DNA of 64,000 nt, taken from the IMG/VR virus record IMGVR_UViG_3300000271_000010, positions 8,958-72,957 of that record; one strand, written 5' to 3'. Made by a program: the position numbers and the translations under genes. Every line of letters begins with the position of its first letter. Position 1 is the stretch's first letter. The DNA is from a virus. The notes under the pieces are model-generated. The model saw nothing but the letters and a program-made list of their open reading frames with translations, made no database searches and was not told the DNA's origin. This document shows positions 60,851-64,000 of this stretch, one piece after another.

Positions 60851-61260
60851 GCTGTTTCCTTCGCGAACATATAAGGCGCTTCACCCCAGCACTGCTCATA
60901 AGCATCTTCTGGCAGACCATACTTCAACATATAGCGGATGCGCTTAGCAGCCCCTTGTGGTGTGTCGTCGATCACAGCCCAAGCACCAGAGAAACACCAT
61001 CTTTCTTGGCTAGTGGATAAATCGAATGCCCGGCGCGCGTAACCTACCCAGTTCTCGTGACCTGACGGCTCAATTCCAGCAGCAGGTCCGTGGCCGACAG
61101 CACAAGCAACCGTTCCGCACTCGCCGGCGAGCGGTGATCGATCAACATAGAAAATCACCCCGTTGTTGTTTTTGAAATAAGAAGACATCCCGAAGTGTTC
61201 ATAATCTTCCGGGAGTTCTTCCAGATAGGAAGCCAGCTTCTCAAGGTTCTCGCGGTTCAT
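60847..61260 (-). CDS. Family B tandem paralog (B5)
   Basis: Same scaffold; ATGA overlap. Confidence 0.9.
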   Translation of the reverse strand: MNRENLEKLASYLEELPEDYEHFGMSSYFKNNNGVIFYVDRSPLAGECGTVACAVGHGPAAGIEPSGHENWVGYARRAFDLSTSQERWCFSGAWAVIDDTPQGAAKRIRYMLKYGLPEDAYEQCWGEAPYMFAKETA

Positions 61261-61670
61261 GCTGTTTCCTTCGCGAAGATGTAGGGAGCCTTGCCGGTCA
61301 TTTGCTTGCTGGAATCCTCCGGAAGACCGTGTTCAAGGAGATAGCGAATGCGCTTGGCCGCACCGTGTGGTGTGTTGTCCACCCTTACCCAATCACCGGC
61401 GAAACACCAATGCCATTCAGGGACGCGCAGATCGAAAGCCAGTGCCACGTAATCGGACCACCAAACCACCCCCGGAATTAGGATGCCGGCTGCTGGTCCG
61501 TGACCGGCCGCGCACGCTACCGTTCCACAAGCACCGGCGAGAGGTGCGGAAAACACCGGTTTGTGGAAGCCGTCCGCTCCTTTGAAATAATTATTCATCC
61601 CGAAGTGTTGGTAATCTTCCGGGAGTTGTTCCAGATAAGAGGCGAGCATTGTGAGATTGGCGCGGTTCAT
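61257..61670 (-). CDS. Family B tandem paralog (B4)
   Basis: Same scaffold; ATGA overlap. Confidence 0.9.
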   Translation of the reverse strand: MNRANLTMLASYLEQLPEDYQHFGMNNYFKGADGFHKPVFSAPLAGACGTVACAAGHGPAAGILIPGVVWWSDYVALAFDLRVPEWHWCFAGDWVRVDNTPHGAAKRIRYLLEHGLPEDSSKQMTGKAPYIFAKETA

Positions 61671-62086
61671 GCTGCTGTCTCCTTTGCGAACATATAAGGT
61701 GCATAGCCCGTCCGCTGTTTGTAGCCGTCCGCTGGGACACCGTGTTCGAGCATGTGGCGGATGCGCTTGGCAGCACCGTGCGGGGTGTTATCCGTCTGAG
61801 ACCAACGCGAAGAAAAGCACCACGACCATTCGGTGGTTGTCATTGGGAACACCCGATCCGAATACTCGTCCCAATTCTCGTAACCGGTCGGCGCGATTCC
61901 AGCCGCCGGTCCGTGGCCGATTGCGCACGCTACCGTGCCGCAGTTCCCAAGACCGGTGGCAGCGTAGGGCTTAGGATGATGTTCTTCTTCGTTGTTGCTG
62001 AAATAACTCGCCATTTCGAAGTGCTGATAGTCAGCCGGGAGCCCTTCCAGATAGGAAGCCAGCTTCTCAAGGTTCTCGCGGTTCAT
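61667..62086 (-). CDS. Family B tandem paralog (B3)
   Basis: Same scaffold; ATG 62086 after AGGAGA. Confidence 0.9.
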   Translation of the reverse strand: MNRENLEKLASYLEGLPADYQHFEMASYFSNNEEEHHPKPYAATGLGNCGTVACAIGHGPAAGIAPTGYENWDEYSDRVFPMTTTEWSWCFSSRWSQTDNTPHGAAKRIRHMLEHGVPADGYKQRTGYAPYMFAKETAA

Positions 62087-62502
62087 GCTACTGTCTCCTG
62101 TGCGAAGAGGTAAGGTGACATCCCCCAGCACTGCTCGATGGGGTCTTCTGGCAAGCCATGTTCGAGGAGATGTCGGATGCGCTTTGCAGCACCTTGTGAG
62201 GTATCATCCACATGCATCCAATCACCGTCGAAGCACCACAACCATTGGTCATGATTCAGATCGAAAGCGCGCTCAGCATAGGCGTTCCAACTCTCATTCC
62301 CATGCACAGCGGGGATACCGGCCGCCGGGCCGTGGCCGACCGCGCAAGCGACAGTGCCACAATCCCCAGCGATGGGGGCTGTGTCGGCATAGGAATAGAG
62401 ATGACCGTCTTGGCAAAGAAAGGATTGCATCCCGAAGTGCTGATAGTTAGTTGGGAGCCCTTCCAGATAGGAAGCCAGCTTCTCAAGGTTCTCGCGGTTC
62501 AT
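62083..62502 (-). CDS. Family B tandem paralog (B2)
   Basis: Same scaffold; ATGA overlap. Confidence 0.9.
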   Translation of the reverse strand: MNRENLEKLASYLEGLPTNYQHFGMQSFLCQDGHLYSYADTAPIAGDCGTVACAVGHGPAAGIPAVHGNESWNAYAERAFDLNHDQWLWCFDGDWMHVDDTSQGAAKRIRHLLEHGLPEDPIEQCWGMSPYLFAQETVA

Positions 62503-62918
62503 GCTGCTGTCTCCTGTGCGAACAGATAAGGGGCATCGCCCGCAAGCTGATCAACCAAATCAAAGGGGGCACCGTGTTCGAGCATATGCCGGATGCGCTT
62601 GGCAGCGCCGTGCGGGGTATTATCCACCTGCGACCAATTACCGTCGAAGCACCAGTAATGTTCACGGTGAGTCAGATCGAATACGCGTCGGGCATAATCA
62701 GACCACCATTCCAAACAGCCGAGAGGTGCGATACCCGCTGCTGGTCCGTGACCGACAGCGCAAGCGACAGTGCCGCAGGTGCCAGCCAGAGGAGCCTCGT
62801 CAGCATGATTGTGGTAAAACTCGTCATCTACCAAGTAGACATTCATATGGAAATGATTGTAGTCAACGGGCAGTGCTTCCAGATAGGACGCGAGCTTTTC
62901 GAGGTTGTCCCGGTTCAT
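62499..62918 (-). CDS. Family B tandem paralog (B1)
   Basis: Same scaffold; ATGA overlap. Confidence 0.9.
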   Translation of the reverse strand: MNRDNLEKLASYLEALPVDYNHFHMNVYLVDDEFYHNHADEAPLAGTCGTVACAVGHGPAAGIAPLGCLEWWSDYARRVFDLTHREHYWCFDGNWSQVDNTPHGAAKRIRHMLEHGAPFDLVDQLAGDAPYLFAQETAA

Positions 62919-63220
62919 GCCACTGGCTCCTTGATATACTTGTGAGCGACCTCAAGGACTCCATACCAGTCGCCGCTGTCGAAGCGATCTTGGAGTTTGG
63001 TGAGGTCATCGAATTGTTCCAGAGGATATTCCACGAACTGTTTGATCCGTTCGCCGTTGATGCCAGCACTCTGTGGGAAGTCCGGGTCTTCCCGCACTTC
63101 CTTCGGAATGAGGGTGCCGATGATGCAAGGAGCCCGGTAGGTTTGCATACCCAATTTCGCCCGCGCTTCGTCGAGGTGGGCTTGGGTCAGGTCGTTGAGA
63201 TCAATCTTGGTCTTCGGCAT
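62915..63220 (-). CDS. Family C paralog (C1)
   Basis: IDLNDLTQAHLDEAR...TYRAPCIIGTLIP...LQDRFDSGDW.GV..VAHKY; first gene after cassette. Confidence 0.78.
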   Translation of the reverse strand: MPKTKIDLNDLTQAHLDEARAKLGMQTYRAPCIIGTLIPKEVREDPDFPQSAGINGERIKQFVEYPLEQFDDLTKLQDRFDSGDWYGVLEVAHKYIKEPVA

Positions 63221-63245
63221 GTCTGTCTCCTGTTGTTGTGCGAAT

Positions 63246-63274
63246 CAGGTAGGACAATTCTTCCTACTCGTCAA
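63246..63274 (-). promoter_or_regulatory. Repeated boxed promoter cassette
   Basis: TTGACG-AGTA-GGAAGAATTGTCC-TACCT. Confidence 0.85.
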
Positions 63275-63316
63275 GCGGACTTTTTCAACTTGCGAAGGCG
63301 CTTTACCGCTGTCCGG

Positions 63317-64000
63317 TTACAGATCGACCCGCTCGCCGCGTAGCGTGCGTTCGGTAATATTGATGGCGTGATCTTCTGCGCCCCATATCGATGTGAAGGT
63401 AGCAATAGCCAAGGAGAGTTCACGGTTGTCGGAGCTATCATCCATGGCAGCCAGTTTGCGGTTGAACTCCAGCGCCGCCTTTTCCTCAGCCGTTCCGGGC
63501 ATGAACTCGCCGCCGCCCAGCAAGCGCCCAGCCTTGGCATAGTTCTTCTTGCGATACCCCGCCATGACCGGCTTGTTGTATGCGGGTAGGTAGAGATAGA
63601 AGGGGCGCTTGACCGATGTGTCCGGGTTATTCGGATCGAACATGATGTTGACGTTGAGGGTGCGGGCGACACACGGATCGTCCTCGCGCCAGAAGATGCG
63701 CTCTTCCTCGTCGGCTCCATAATAAAGGTTGAGGGCGAAATCCTCTGCTGCCTGCCATGTCGGGAATACCCGAGCGCTCCCGTCGGGCTCACGGATCGGT
63801 TCTTTCCACAGCAGGACAGCACACTCACCTTTGGTGTGATTAAAAGGTGCCTGTGTTGGTGCCTGTCCGTTGGCTTTACGCCGGCCGACGGGGGCAGACT
63901 CGCCGGGGAGGGAGACACATTGCCAGACCTGTGCGATCGGATTGGCCCGGATGCAGTCGAAATGGGTGCTGGCGAAGGTTGGGAGCGCCTTTGGTTTGGG
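63317..64000 (-). CDS. Hypothetical protein, start outside window
   Basis: Frame open from position 64000 (PKPKALPTFASTHFDCIRANP...) into the listed 63317-63643 ORF. Confidence 0.65.
   Translation of the reverse strand, partial: PKPKALPTFASTHFDCIRANPIAQVWQCVSLPGESAPVGRRKANGQAPTQAPFNHTKGECAVLLWKEPIREPDGSARVFPTWQAAEDFALNLYYGADEEERIFWREDDPCVARTLNVNIMFDPNNPDTSVKRPFYLYLPAYNKPVMAGYRKKNYAKAGRLLGGGEFMPGTAEEKAALEFNRKLAAMDDSSDNRELSLAIATFTSIWGAEDHAINITERTLRGERVDL

Larger units (their letters stand above)
60443..62918 (-). repeat. Six-unit tandem gene array, unit about 404-416 bp
   Basis: Unit starts at 62918, 62502, 62086, 61670, 61260, 60850; exact DNA repeats 60792-60867 = 61202-61277 and 62037-62089 = 62453-62505. 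Confidence 0.92.

Noticed and set aside
60792-61212. AATCTTCCGG inside family B genes resembling the promoter box
   Set aside because: Arises from Pro-Glu-Asp-Tyr codons; lacks the GGA half-site and the TTGAC hexamer.
60443-62918. Diversity-generating retroelement as the source of array variation
   Set aside because: No reverse transcriptase in the window; differences are not adenine-specific and include indels; no TR/VR pair.
6895-63274. Repeated 23-50 bp element as a CRISPR array
   Set aside because: Copies are 1-8 kb apart, each precedes an SD and gene, and contain -35/-10 elements; no spacers or cas genes.
1-64000. tRNA, rRNA, integrase, transposase or att sites
   Set aside because: No cloverleaf, rRNA-like stretch or recombinase motif found by eye; tRNAscan-SE and HMM searches would be needed to exclude fully.

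Overview
A 64-kb segment of a large lytic-looking dsDNA phage genome, most likely an early/accessory region. The host is probably an alphaproteobacterium (inferred from a GapR/DUF2312 homolog, an alphaproteobacterial-type SerRS and TTGACG-N16-CTA promoters). No capsid, tail, terminase, polymerase, integrase, tRNA, rRNA or CRISPR array is recognisable. Positions 1-4.5 kb are plus-strand; from 4575 to the end about 150 tightly overlapped minus-strand ORFs are driven by 15 copies of a promoter cassette carrying a 13-bp quasi-palindromic box (GGAAGAWTYRTCC) between -35 and -10. Recognisable products: Nampt + Nmnat-Nudix (NARP2-like NAD salvage pair), seryl-tRNA synthetase, DRB0094-type RNA ligase, RlaP-like nucleotidyltransferase, PseT-like kinase, Pth2-like protein, DEDD exoribonuclease, metallophosphoesterase, BCS1-like AAA ATPase, SLOG protein, CxxS thioredoxin and a P22 gp17-like protein. 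The most striking unexplained structure is an expansion of small Cys-motif proteins at 50.6-63.2 kb: a head-to-tail array of six paralogs with constant scaffolds and variable loops, plus six more genes in two mutually related families. Hidden signals include a 20-aa plus-strand peptide with an upstream anti-SD, a candidate ~60-nt sRNA and an in-frame TGA splitting a Zn-finger ORF. Family names are from motif recognition only; no database search was run.
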